From positions 2,826 through 66,825 of the forward strand of contig JAPOVQ010000014.1 in the NCBI GenBank assembly GCA_026708035.1: a stretch of 64,000 bases of DNA. Direction: 5' to 3'. The notes below the pieces were generated by a model, which did no database searches, was not told the origin of the DNA, and saw only the letters and a list, made by a program, of their open reading frames with translations. Numbering within the stretch: the stretch's first letter is position 1; every line of letters starts with the position of its first letter. Below are positions 38,604 to 47,687 of this stretch, one piece after another. The DNA is from Chloroflexota bacterium. GTDB taxonomy: Bacteria; Chloroflexota; UBA11872. A program made the translations under genes and the position numbers.

Positions 38604-39544
38604 CCCGCGGGGTCCGACGCCTCATCGAGCCGCGCGACCTCCTCCGCCGTCAGTTCCCAGGCGGCGGCGTCGAGGTATGCGTCGAGCTGCTCGGTGGTGT
38701 CCGGTCCGGCGATGGCCGTCGCCACCTCGGGACGCGAGATCACCCAACGAATGGCCACCGCGGTTGGGTGGCGACCGTGGGCGGCGCCAATCTCGCGCAG
38801 TGCGTCGATGACCCGCTGCGCCCGGTCGGTGAGAACTGATTCCATCTCGTATGGCGGTTGTCGCTCCCACAGCGTGCCCGCAGGGGCCGGCTGCGCCCGT
38901 TGCAGGTCGCCACTGAGCACGCCCACGGCCAGCGGCGAGAAGGCCATCACCCCGATGCCGAACTCCCTGCAGAACGGGAACAGCTCTTGCTCGGGATCAC
39001 GACACAGCAGGCTGTACTGGTTTTGCGTGGTGATGAAGCCGGGCGCGACCGCCCGATCGGCCATCCAGAGCGCCTGGCACGCCTCCCATGCCTGATAGCT
39101 GGAGACGCCCCAATAGCGGGTCTTGCCGCTGGCCACGACATCCGTCATGGCTCGCACCGTCTCCTCTAGGGGCGTGGTTTGATCCCGCCAGTGGACGATG
39201 TAGATGTCCACGTGGTCGGTCTGGAGCCGGCGCAGGCTGCGGTCGATCTCACGCAAGATGTGGTACCGCGAGCTGCCGATGTCGTTCGGCCCTTCTCCCA
39301 CGATCGACGTCACCTTGGTGGTGATGACCAGCTCGTCGCGCTGTCCCGGCAGCACACGCCCGAGGACCTGCTCGCCGATTCCGCCCACGTAGGTGTTGGC
39401 GCAGTCAATGAAGTTGACGCCTTTGTCGATCGCGTGCCGGATGATGCGCTCCATCAGGTCCTGGTCCGTCATGCCGCGGAATCCGCATCCCAGCGCGATC
39501 CGGGACACCTTGAGCCCCGAACGGCCCATGTTCACGTACTCCAT
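38600..39544 (-). CDS. Aldo/keto reductase
   Basis: MEYVNMGRSGLKVSRIALGCG... and DCANTY... The start at 39544 is preferred over 39571 by family N-terminus. Its stop shares a CTAG with the convergent SDR gene. Confidence 0.85.
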   Translation of the reverse strand: MEYVNMGRSGLKVSRIALGCGFRGMTDQDLMERIIRHAIDKGVNFIDCANTYVGGIGEQVLGRVLPGQRDELVITTKVTSIVGEGPNDIGSSRYHILREIDRSLRRLQTDHVDIYIVHWRDQTTPLEETVRAMTDVVASGKTRYWGVSSYQAWEACQALWMADRAVAPGFITTQNQYSLLCRDPEQELFPFCREFGIGVMAFSPLAVGVLSGDLQRAQPAPAGTLWERQPPYEMESVLTDRAQRVIDALREIGAAHGRHPTAVAIRWVISRPEVATAIAGPDTTEQLDAYLDAAAWELTAEEVARLDEASDPAG

Positions 39545-39666
39545 CGGGCTCAACTCCTTGCTGGTCACCACCCTGCGGCGGCGATGATGCCACTCTCGGA
39601 GCGCCCGTGCGCAGACGACGCCTATAATCAGCCGCCGCCAGCCTGCACCACCGCTTGGACTCCTCG

Positions 39667-40593
39667 ATGACGACGTTTCAGTCCCGTATTCACGGGGTGA
39701 TTCCGGCGCTGCTGACGCCGCTCCACGCCGACTTCACCGCGGACGAGGCCGCGCTGCGGCGCCTGATCCGGCGCGTCGTCGATGCCGGCTGCCACGGGAT
39801 CGTGGTGCTGGGGACGACCGGCGAGTTTGCCTCCATCGACGACGCGGATCGCGAGGTGGTCATTCGAGCGGCCGTTGACGAGGTCACTGGCGACGTCCCG
39901 GTCATCGTGGCGTGCGGCCAGCCAAACGTGAGACGGACCCATGAGCAGCTTCGCGCGGCCGGCGACTTTGGCGCCGACGGCGTGCTCGTCAATCCGCCGT
40001 TCTACTTTGAAATGACGCAGGACGAGCTGGTGGGCTATTTCGACGGCGTCGTGCGCGAGTCCCCCGTTCCCGTGCTGCTCTACAACATCCCGCGCATGAC
40101 CGGTGTGCCGGCCGATCCGGCAACGCTGCCCCGGCTGCGCGACGTCGGCGTGCAGGGCACCAAGGACAGCTCGGGCTCCGTATCGAATGTAATGAGCTAT
40201 CTGGCCGCCACCCGCGGTGGTCCCGAATTCCGAGTGATCGTGGGCGGTGACGTGACGTTCCTGCACGCCCTCATTTCCGGCGCGGCGGCCACCACCGGCA
40301 TGACGCCAAACGTTGCGCCGCAGCTGAACCTGGAAATCTACGAGGCCTGGCGCGTCGGCGACCTCGAGGCTGCGGCGGCCGCACAGAACCGCACCAACGA
40401 ATTCCTGGAGATCTTTCAGTCCCGGCCGGGGTTCGGCCACGCCGTTGCCAAGGGACTGCTGAGCCGCGTCGGCGTCATGGAGCGGTGGGTGGCGCCGCCG
40501 AAGACTTCACTCGACGACGCCCAAATCGCCGCAGCCTTTGAATCGCTCAAGTCCTATTTGCCCGAGTTCGCGCCGACCGCCGTCCCGGCGTAG
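39667..40593 (+). CDS. DapA/N-acetylneuraminate lyase family class I aldolase
   Basis: IPALLTP, GTTGEF, LLYNIP, and the Schiff-base Lys context GTKDSSG. Confidence 0.8.
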   Translation: MTTFQSRIHGVIPALLTPLHADFTADEAALRRLIRRVVDAGCHGIVVLGTTGEFASIDDADREVVIRAAVDEVTGDVPVIVACGQPNVRRTHEQLRAAGDFGADGVLVNPPFYFEMTQDELVGYFDGVVRESPVPVLLYNIPRMTGVPADPATLPRLRDVGVQGTKDSSGSVSNVMSYLAATRGGPEFRVIVGGDVTFLHALISGAAATTGMTPNVAPQLNLEIYEAWRVGDLEAAAAAQNRTNEFLEIFQSRPGFGHAVAKGLLSRVGVMERWVAPPKTSLDDAQIAAAFESLKSYLPEFAPTAVPA

Positions 40594-40612
40594 GGAGACC
40601 TCGCCGGTACGT

Positions 40613-40665
40613 CTCCGTCATTCCGGCGGATGCCGGAATCCAGTCCGGTCGAACCTGAAGCCGCC
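40613..40665. repeat. Palindromic interspersed repeat, family A copy 2
   Basis: ctccgtcattccggcggatgccggaatccagtccggtcgaacctgaagccgcc, near-identical to 3751..3803. Confidence 0.6.
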
Positions 40666-40739
40666 CTGGGTGCTTGGTGCGGAACCAGATTGAGACTCAC
40701 TTGTTCAGGACTACACCAAGGTCTCTGTAGGTGGGTCGC

Positions 40740-41144
40740 TTAGGCTGGCGGTCCCACCGGCGAGCCGTCGTCGCGCCTGCCCCGAATCGGGCCCGGGCGC
40801 ACCCGCTTGGCGGTCAGCGCGCCGACCGCCGTTGCCGCCTTCGGGGAGGCTCCAGCTTGGCGCACGATCGTGGTGGTGGATTCCAAGACGTGGTGATAGT
40901 GCGCGTCGCCCTCGGCCGCGGGCGCCCCGGGCGTGTCGGCCAGCCAGATCTTGGCCAGGCGTTCCGATAGCAGCTCCGCCAGCACGGTGAAGTCTCGTGC
41001 CAGCCGCGCCTCGGTGGACTCGGCGGTCGCGGCGGGGGCCGAGTGCCCGCGCCGAACCCGTGAAGCCAGCCAAACCGTGCACGTCCCGACAATCAGTCCG
41101 GCGGCGACGCCGCTGACGAGAGCGGCTGCGAGTGAGGCGGTCAT
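40740..41144 (-). CDS. Hypothetical membrane-anchored protein
   Basis: 134 aa ORF with an N-terminal TM helix (LAAALVSGVAAGLIVGTCTVWLA). I recognise no family. The overlapping alternative ORFs make this call weak. Confidence 0.35.
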   Translation of the reverse strand: MTASLAAALVSGVAAGLIVGTCTVWLASRVRRGHSAPAATAESTEARLARDFTVLAELLSERLAKIWLADTPGAPAAEGDAHYHHVLESTTTIVRQAGASPKAATAVGALTAKRVRPGPIRGRRDDGSPVGPPA

Positions 41145-41195
41145 GGCGCCAGTCTAAGCGAGCGGAGACCGCGATATGCGCTCATGCTGCCGGTC

Positions 41196-41222
41196 TCGTA
41201 GGGGCGGTTCGCGAAGCGCCCT
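41196..41222. repeat. Palindromic interspersed repeat, family B copy 2 (tcgtaggggcggttcgcgaagcgccct)
   Basis: Shares the tcgtaggggcgg head with 8426..8456. It is followed by a near-perfect palindrome. Confidence 0.45.
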
Positions 41223-41284
41223 TCGTGCATTCGTGGGTGGACCCCTCCAGGCGTTGCCCAGTCGATTGCGAAGTGTCCATCTCT

Positions 41285-41302
41285 GTCAAGACAGTTCTTG
41301 AC
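41285..41302 (+). promoter_or_regulatory. Inverted repeat gtcaaga-cagt-tcttgac overlapping a TTGACT -35-like hexamer; candidate antitoxin operator/promoter
   Basis: It lies about 50 bp upstream of the antitoxin ATG. TTGACT (41298-41303) is followed by 17 nt and then GATGCT. GAGGAGG lies before the ATG at 41351. Confidence 0.3.
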
Positions 41303-41350
41303 TGGATGCTCGGCTCGGCAGATGCTGAAGACAACCCGTGAGGAGGTTGA

Positions 41351-41584
41351 ATGATGGTTAAGCCGCGCGTGAAGTTCTCTAGCCAGGCCGACCCGGAATT
41401 GCTGGCGGCGATGCGTCAGATCGCGCGCAACGACTGCCGCCACTTCCAGGCCGTGTTGGAAGACGCCATGACCCACTACATCGAAAGCCGGGCGAGCCAG
41501 CGGGTCCGGCCCGAGGTCATGGCGCACTTCCAGGCGAGCCTTGAAAAGAATCGGCGACTCGGGGAGTTGCTGGGCAAATCGTGA
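41351..41584 (+). CDS. Ribbon-helix-helix-type antitoxin (partner of Doc)
   Basis: 77 aa. The beta-strand/helix/helix pattern VKFSSQADPELLAAMRQIA...FQAVLEDAMTHYI fits RHH. It has a strong SD, and its stop overlaps the GTG of the downstream Doc gene. Confidence 0.6.
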   Translation: MMVKPRVKFSSQADPELLAAMRQIARNDCRHFQAVLEDAMTHYIESRASQRVRPEVMAHFQASLEKNRRLGELLGKS

Positions 41585-41967
41585 CCAGTAACTTTCCGAC
41601 GGTCGAGGAAGTCGTGGCGATCCATGACATTGCCGTCGACGAATTCGGCGGCTCCTTGGGGCTTCGTGATGCGGGCGCCTTGGAGTCCGCCATCATGCGC
41701 CCGCAGCTGGGCTACTACGACGGAGTCCTCGACGAGGCCGCCGCGCTCCTGGAAAGCCTGGCCATGAATCACCCCTTCGTGGACGGCAACAAGCGCACGG
41801 CCTTCTTCGCAACCGACACGTTTCTGCGCAAGAACGGCCGTTTCATCGATTGCGACAACGATGAGGCCTACGCCTTCATCATGCAGTTGTTCGCCACGAA
41901 CTCATTCCGCTTTGCCCAGCTGCGCGAGTGGCTCGAGGAGAAGGTCAGGCCGTTCAGGGAGCCTTGA
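41581..41967 (+). CDS. doc: Doc (death-on-curing) Fic-family toxin
   Basis: 128 aa with the diagnostic HPFVDGNKRTAF motif. Confidence 0.85.
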   Translation: MTSNFPTVEEVVAIHDIAVDEFGGSLGLRDAGALESAIMRPQLGYYDGVLDEAAALLESLAMNHPFVDGNKRTAFFATDTFLRKNGRFIDCDNDEAYAFIMQLFATNSFRFAQLREWLEEKVRPFREP

Positions 41968-42044
41968 TTGCCGCGCCCGGCCAGCGGGTCTGCCAAGCGT
42001 TCCGACCCCGGCACGACGCCTGAGATTGGGTTAGGTCCGGCGGC

Positions 42045-43214
42045 CTACCATCGGGAGGACTCCTCCGCGTAGACGTGGTCGGGCAGGCGGTAGGTGATGC
42101 CGGTCTCGTCAAAATTCGACACGTCGAGCAGGGCCGTCATCTGGTTCTCGTTGCGCAGGCGACCCTTGAACAGCTTGGTCATGACGCGGTTGTATCGACT
42201 CTGCATCCGGAACCACCACAGGACGCCCGGCGTGGGATATCGGGGGTATTTGAGGTGGTTGGCGAGTTCGGTGCCGATGAGCGCGCGCGACACCTGGAAT
42301 ATGTACCGGGCAAGCTTCTCCCGGGCGTCCGACTCGGTGATGCCGGCGATGAGCGGCGCTGAGTTGACCAGTGAATGCGCCAGAGCAACGGACTCGTAGT
42401 CGGGATCTGGCTCACAAATACCGCCGATTTTGAATAGTTCCAGAGCACTCTGTTCGTCTTGAAATAGAATCGACTCCGGAATGCCCATCAGGTATCCCGA
42501 ATAGCGCCAGACCTGCATAAAGCTGGCCCGCTCTTCGTCATCGAACTTGGCTCCAAGGCTCTTGAGGTGCTTCAAGAGTCGTGCCGAGAACGCCGTAATG
42601 GCATAGCCCACGTGGGCGGCGCTGATGGGGATTCCCCAAGCTTCCGAGCTCCAATCGTCGGAGCCATCCAAGAGCCGTCGGACCATGGCGTGAATGAGCC
42701 GAATGCGTACCGAGAGTTTCCAACCGTCGCTATCCCGCTCCATGCCGCCCGGGAAGAAGATTTCGACCATGTGGCGATTGTTCTGTCGCAGTCGCCTGAC
42801 GCCCTGATCGCGCAGCCTTCCGGTGATGAAGAACGATTTGGCGATGTTGGTGGAGAAGCCTTCGACGAGCGTGCCGCCGACCATTGCCCCCAAGACCAAC
42901 TGTGAGTTTCGATGAAACATGCGGACTCCAGGGGCAAATCCTTCAAGATCGACCCAATCAGGCACGTTTTCACACGACCGAAAAAACTCCCGCAGCGCGG
43001 CCGGCGCCTCACGCAGCGCGCGCTGGTCCCGGCCATCCATTCCGATCTGGATGAACCTGCCCAGCTTGGCTTGCCCCAGGGGAGCAAGCTCGTCCATCAT
43101 CGCATCGGCTTCCGGGTCGCCGATCAATGTGTGCGCGATGTAGTTGTCGGCTAGCTCTGGCGCTAGTTTTCGAGCCCTTGCATAACCTGCGTGGTAGTCG
43201 GAGGGGAATTCCAT
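42045..43214 (-). CDS. MpaB/DUF2236-family oxygenase-like protein
   Basis: 389 aa. The blocks FHRNSQLVLGAMVGG, RLRQNNRHMVEIF and VRIRLIHAMVRR resemble the family. Recalled from memory, not searched. Confidence 0.65.
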   Translation of the reverse strand: MEFPSDYHAGYARARKLAPELADNYIAHTLIGDPEADAMMDELAPLGQAKLGRFIQIGMDGRDQRALREAPAALREFFRSCENVPDWVDLEGFAPGVRMFHRNSQLVLGAMVGGTLVEGFSTNIAKSFFITGRLRDQGVRRLRQNNRHMVEIFFPGGMERDSDGWKLSVRIRLIHAMVRRLLDGSDDWSSEAWGIPISAAHVGYAITAFSARLLKHLKSLGAKFDDEERASFMQVWRYSGYLMGIPESILFQDEQSALELFKIGGICEPDPDYESVALAHSLVNSAPLIAGITESDAREKLARYIFQVSRALIGTELANHLKYPRYPTPGVLWWFRMQSRYNRVMTKLFKGRLRNENQMTALLDVSNFDETGITYRLPDHVYAEESSRW

Positions 43215-43259
43215 TTGCGCGTATGCCTCGACCTTAACCCAGGGCCTGCTTGGGGAAAG

Positions 43260-45539
43260 TCACCCGTCTTCGGCTTCGACTCGCAAGTCTGGAAGCCACC
43301 GCAGCCATGACGGCAAATACCAGTTTCCCTTGCCCAGCACCGCCATGCTCGCCGGCACCAATACCGACCGCACCAGCGTCGCGTCGAGCAGCACGGCCAC
43401 CGCAAGGCCGAATCCGACAAGCTGATTCACCACGGTCTCGCCGGCGGCGAATGCGCCGAATACGGCGACCATGATGAGGGCGGCGCCGGTGATCATGCGG
43501 CCCGTGGACTCGAGGCCGTACGCCACGGCCTGCAGGTTGTCCTGGGACTCGTCATAGCGTTCGCGAATTCGGCTGAGCAGGAAGACGTGGTAGTCCATCG
43601 AGAGCCCGAAGAGGATGGAAAACAGGAAGAGGGGAATCCAGGCGTCGATCACCTCCGCTTCCTGGAAGCCGAAGAAATCTCGGGCGATCCCCCGCTGAAA
43701 GACCAACACCAGCAGACCATATGCGGTGCCGACCGAGAGCAAATTCATAATGATGGCTTTGAGCGGAATCACGATCGACCGGAAGACCAGCATCAGGATG
43801 ATGAAGCTGGAGCCAAGCACGAACGCGAAGACTACTGGCGTGAACACGTCGACGATGCCGAAGAAGTCGGCGGCCTCGGCGGTTGCGCCCCCTACGTAGA
43901 CCTCCGCGGGCACCCCTTCGAACGCCCCGGCCACGTGCACGTCGCGGATCGTCGCCATTTTTTCGGTGGCTTCGCGGCTGTTGGGTTTGCCGGGAAATGG
44001 CAACGTGAGCAGTGCGAGATCGCCGGCGGCATTGACTTCAGGCTCCGCGGGCGGGACGGGGAAGGCGGGGTCCTCTGCCAGCGACTGTCGGAGGCGCGCG
44101 ATCGCCGCTTGCACGGCAGGGCTGCCGATGTCTCCGTCGATGACGATCTCGGCGGGGCTGAGAATCCCGGCTGGGCTGACGTCACCGAAGGAAAACTCCT
44201 CTTCGAAGACGATGAACGCTTCCCGGGTCTGCGCGCGCTCGGGAAAGGTGTTGACATCGTTGAGCCCGGTCTTGATGCCGAAATAGAACGACGTGAGCAC
44301 GATCATCGGAATGCCGATGATGAGAATGCTCACCACGGGGAAGCGAGTGACGGCACGGGTGATGGTGATCCAGAAGCCGCGGCCAGTCGTCTCGGTATTC
44401 CGCAACGAGAATCGGGACAGGAAGGGAATGGTCAGAAAGTCGACCCGAGGACCAAGGATCGCCAGCAGGGCGGGCAGGAGCGTGAGAGTGGCCGCGAGCG
44501 CTGTGACCACCACCAGAATGGCGCCCAGCCCCAGCGACTGGAAGAACGACACCGGCACGATGAACATGCCGATAAGCGCGATCACAACCGTCGTGCCGCT
44601 GAACAACACGGTGCGCCCCGCCGTGTCTCCTGCTTTGGCCACGGCCTCGAGTGTGCCGAGCCCCCGACTCAACTCTTCCCTGAAGCGCGACACGATTAGC
44701 AGCGAGTAGTCGATGCCCACCGCGAGGCCGATCATCGTGATGATCATAGTGACGAAGAAGATCAACTCAAAGGCCTGCCCGATCACCCCCACGGCGGCAA
44801 GCGCCATGGCGATGGCGACAATGGCCATGCCCAGCGGGAGCAGGGTGGCGGCCACGGCGCCGAAGAGCACCAACAGGATGATCAGGGCGATCGGAACGCC
44901 GAAGCGTTCGCCTTGCTCAAGGTCGTGCGCGCTCAGCTCGTTGTTCTCAAAGGCCACGCTGGCGTCGCCCCCGATGAGCACACGGAAATCATCCGCCGCG
45001 TTGGCTTCCCGGACGACGTGGATGAGCTCCTCGACGTTGGCGGTCGCCTCGTCCGAGTCGCCGGCCAGCGTGTAGTGCATCAGAACGGTCCGTTGGCTGC
45101 CGGAAACAAGAATGGAGAGCAGCTGTTCGAGCTGTTCCGGAGGAATGAGGGCGCTGAACGCGACAGCTTGATAGTAGTGGGAAAATGGCTGTCCGCTAAT
45201 CTGCTGTCCATCTATTCCACCGGAGATTATCTCGCTGCCTAGCGAGACGATATCTTGATGAACCTGATCCACTTTTGCTCGGAATGCGGCATCATCTACT
45301 GTCAAAGAATCCGACTGTATAATGACAATTTCGGCCAAGGCTCTGGGGCCGCGCAATCGTTCTTCGAGCAATGCAGCGGCGCGCTCGGATTCGTATCTAT
45401 CGGCCAGCCGTAAGTCTGTGGTCGTTGCGCTTGCCAAAAGTGTCTGGACCAATATGCCAGCAACAAGGAATAGAGCGCCCCAAATCCCGATAGTTACCCA
45501 AGGTCTTCGCGCACTGATGCGAGCGAGAGTTTCAGTCAC
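43260..45539 (-). CDS. MMPL family (RND superfamily) transporter
   Basis: 759 aa. Two blocks of about 6 TM helices each follow a soluble loop. Typical MMPL segments such as DYSLLIVSRFREEL and DYHVFLLSRIRE are present. Confidence 0.85.
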   Translation of the reverse strand: MTETLARISARRPWVTIGIWGALFLVAGILVQTLLASATTTDLRLADRYESERAAALLEERLRGPRALAEIVIIQSDSLTVDDAAFRAKVDQVHQDIVSLGSEIISGGIDGQQISGQPFSHYYQAVAFSALIPPEQLEQLLSILVSGSQRTVLMHYTLAGDSDEATANVEELIHVVREANAADDFRVLIGGDASVAFENNELSAHDLEQGERFGVPIALIILLVLFGAVAATLLPLGMAIVAIAMALAAVGVIGQAFELIFFVTMIITMIGLAVGIDYSLLIVSRFREELSRGLGTLEAVAKAGDTAGRTVLFSGTTVVIALIGMFIVPVSFFQSLGLGAILVVVTALAATLTLLPALLAILGPRVDFLTIPFLSRFSLRNTETTGRGFWITITRAVTRFPVVSILIIGIPMIVLTSFYFGIKTGLNDVNTFPERAQTREAFIVFEEEFSFGDVSPAGILSPAEIVIDGDIGSPAVQAAIARLRQSLAEDPAFPVPPAEPEVNAAGDLALLTLPFPGKPNSREATEKMATIRDVHVAGAFEGVPAEVYVGGATAEAADFFGIVDVFTPVVFAFVLGSSFIILMLVFRSIVIPLKAIIMNLLSVGTAYGLLVLVFQRGIARDFFGFQEAEVIDAWIPLFLFSILFGLSMDYHVFLLSRIRERYDESQDNLQAVAYGLESTGRMITGAALIMVAVFGAFAAGETVVNQLVGFGLAVAVLLDATLVRSVLVPASMAVLGKGNWYLPSWLRWLPDLRVEAEDG

Positions 45540-45786
45540 GTTGGAGACCTCATAAAGCGGATGCTTGCGCCGGATTTGGCGCGGTGCTGCTCGTCGGTCG
45601 CGGCCACGTTAGGCGACTCTACCACAGAGCCTCCGAGTTTCCCTATCAGTACAAACTTACCGACGATGTCACGGTCCGCAGCAGATCGGGCGCAAAAGGT
45701 CGCAGCCTGGTGATGCATTGGACCACTGCGAATGTTTGGACGTTGGGGCGCTGGAGCGATGCGCAAGGGGCGCTCACGCGCGGAGG

Positions 45787-45860
45787 TGGGCGCGATAGGA
45801 CTCGAACCTATGACCTCGCGGATGTGAACCGCGCGCTCTGACCAGCTGAGCTACGCGCCC
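45787..45860 (-). tRNA. tRNA-Val (anticodon CAC)
   Basis: The reverse complement folds as a cloverleaf. Acceptor GGGCGCG/CGCGCCC, D arm GCTC-AGCTGGTCA-GAGC, anticodon arm CGCGG-TTCACAT-CCGCG, T arm ATAGG-TTCGAGT-CCTAT. CCA is not encoded. Confidence 0.9.
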
Positions 45861-45869
45861 GTGAGCGAG

Positions 45870-47159
45870 TCATGGTATCAGCGTGGCCGGTTGGGACAGC
45901 AGCAGCATTTCTCGCTCGTCCAGGGCGATCACGGACACCGGATCGCCGGCTTTGATCACGGCGCCTTCGGCTAGCACCGCCAGGCCGTTGCCCTGGGTCA
46001 TCGAGGTCAGGCGGAACGAATCTTGCTCACCGGCGGGCGCGCACACGAGCTCGTCGCCCTCTCGGCGCACGGTCACCCGCACGTAGGTACGCTTTCCGCT
46101 GGAACTGCGCATAGGCTCCAGGGCGCGTGGTTGAACCATGGGATTCACCAGGCGCGAGTGCCCCATCAGCTTGAGCAGCGCGGGACGCACGAACAGCTCG
46201 AAGCAGACCATGCTCGACACGGGGTTCCCGGGCAGGCCGATCACGGGCGTGCCGTCGATTTCCCCGAAGGCCAGGGGCTTCCCGGGTCGCATGTTGATCT
46301 GCCAGAAGTTCATGCGTCCGGCCGAGGCGATCACGTCTCGCACCAAGTCGTAGTCGCCCATCGACACGCCGCCAATGGTGACCAAGAGGTCGGCGTCGCG
46401 GCCATGCCGGATGGCGGCGCGCAGGCCGGCCTCGGTGTCGGGGGCGATCGGGAGGCGCTCGGCAATTGCGCCGTAGCGCCGTGCAAGCGCGGTCAGGCCC
46501 CACGCATTGCTATTGCGCACCTGCCCCGGAGCGATCGGATCGCCGACCTCCACGATTTCATCGCCGGTCGGAAGGATTGCGACTCGGGCGCGCGGGTGGA
46601 CGCGAACCTCGGTGACGTCCACCGAAGCCAGCACGCCGACGTGGGCGGCGTCCAGCAGGCGGCCCTCCGGAGCGACGACATCGCCCTTGGCGACATCGCC
46701 CCCGCGCCGTCGAATGTTCTCGCCCGGCTCGGCGGTTTCCAGGACACGAACCTCGCCGTTGGCCTCCCCTGACTCTTGGGCCCAGTGCACGCCGTCCGTG
46801 TCCTCGAACGGAAGCACGGCATCGGCGCCCGGCGGAATGGGCGCCCCCGTCATGATCCGCGCCGCGGTTTCCGGCTCGACGTGCACTTCGCCCGCTTGGC
46901 CTGCGGCGACCTCACCGACCACGCGCAGCGACACGCCGGCATCCGCCCGCGCACTCGCGACGTCCGCCGCCCGCAGGGCGTATCCGTCAAAGGCCGAGTT
47001 GTCGAATCCAGGCACGTCGACCTGGGAGGTCACGTCTTCCGCGGTAACCAGCCCGTGAACCTCGGCGAGACCCAACGAAACCGGGGCCAGCGGCTTCACG
47101 GCGGCCAGAATGCGCGTGCGCGCCTCGTCAACGGACAGAAACGTGTCGGTGCCGGGCAC
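45870..47159 (-). CDS. moeA: Molybdopterin molybdotransferase MoeA
   Basis: 429 aa. VPGFDNSAFDGYA, the ...GGVSMGDYD... block, and LPGNPVS. Confidence 0.9.
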   Translation of the reverse strand: MPGTDTFLSVDEARTRILAAVKPLAPVSLGLAEVHGLVTAEDVTSQVDVPGFDNSAFDGYALRAADVASARADAGVSLRVVGEVAAGQAGEVHVEPETAARIMTGAPIPPGADAVLPFEDTDGVHWAQESGEANGEVRVLETAEPGENIRRRGGDVAKGDVVAPEGRLLDAAHVGVLASVDVTEVRVHPRARVAILPTGDEIVEVGDPIAPGQVRNSNAWGLTALARRYGAIAERLPIAPDTEAGLRAAIRHGRDADLLVTIGGVSMGDYDLVRDVIASAGRMNFWQINMRPGKPLAFGEIDGTPVIGLPGNPVSSMVCFELFVRPALLKLMGHSRLVNPMVQPRALEPMRSSSGKRTYVRVTVRREGDELVCAPAGEQDSFRLTSMTQGNGLAVLAEGAVIKAGDPVSVIALDEREMLLLSQPATLIP

Positions 47160-47237
47160 TGTCCCAGAGTCTGCGGCTTGCTGCGTCCACCAGTTTAGAC
47201 CCCGACGCCTCGCCTATGCTTGAGCAAAGGAGCGCAC

Positions 47238-47675
47238 ATGCCCGGCAACACAGGATGCGCGCGCGGCCATGCCACATTCGATCACACGGCGGACATCGGG
47301 CTCGAGGCGTGGGGGCCGTCATTCGGCGAGGCGCTTGCCGAGGCAGGACTGGGCCTCCAGGCCATCGTGCTTCACGGCGGCACCGTTCGCGCCCGGGATA
47401 CGCGAACGTTTCGGGTCGCCGCCGAGGATGCGGGCGCACTCGTGGTGGCCTGGCTCAGCGAGCTGCTCTATGCCTTGGATGTTAATGGTTGGCTGTCGGC
47501 GAGCTTTGAGGTTTCAGTCGACGAAGGATTCCGGCTCTCCGCCACCGCCCATGGCGAGACGCTTGACGAAGCGCATCATCTACTCGGCGTGGGTGTGAAA
47601 GCCGTGAGCTACCACGAGCTGGCCGTGCAGTGTGAATCGGACGCCGTGCGCATCCGGGTGATCGTGGATGTCTAG
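47238..47675 (+). CDS. Archease (RtcB activator)
   Basis: FDHTADIGLEAWG at the N-terminus and VKAVSYHELAV near the C-terminus. It sits immediately upstream of rtcB. Confidence 0.8.
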   Translation: MPGNTGCARGHATFDHTADIGLEAWGPSFGEALAEAGLGLQAIVLHGGTVRARDTRTFRVAAEDAGALVVAWLSELLYALDVNGWLSASFEVSVDEGFRLSATAHGETLDEAHHLLGVGVKAVSYHELAVQCESDAVRIRVIVDV

Positions 47676-47687
47676 CCTGAGGTCGCC

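Noticed and set aside
45240-45560. Locally lower-GC stretch at the 5' end of the MMPL gene, considered as a possible insertion or promoter island
   Set aside because: The reading frame is continuous and encodes the expected N-terminal TM helix and first loop of the transporter. No repeat boundaries were seen.
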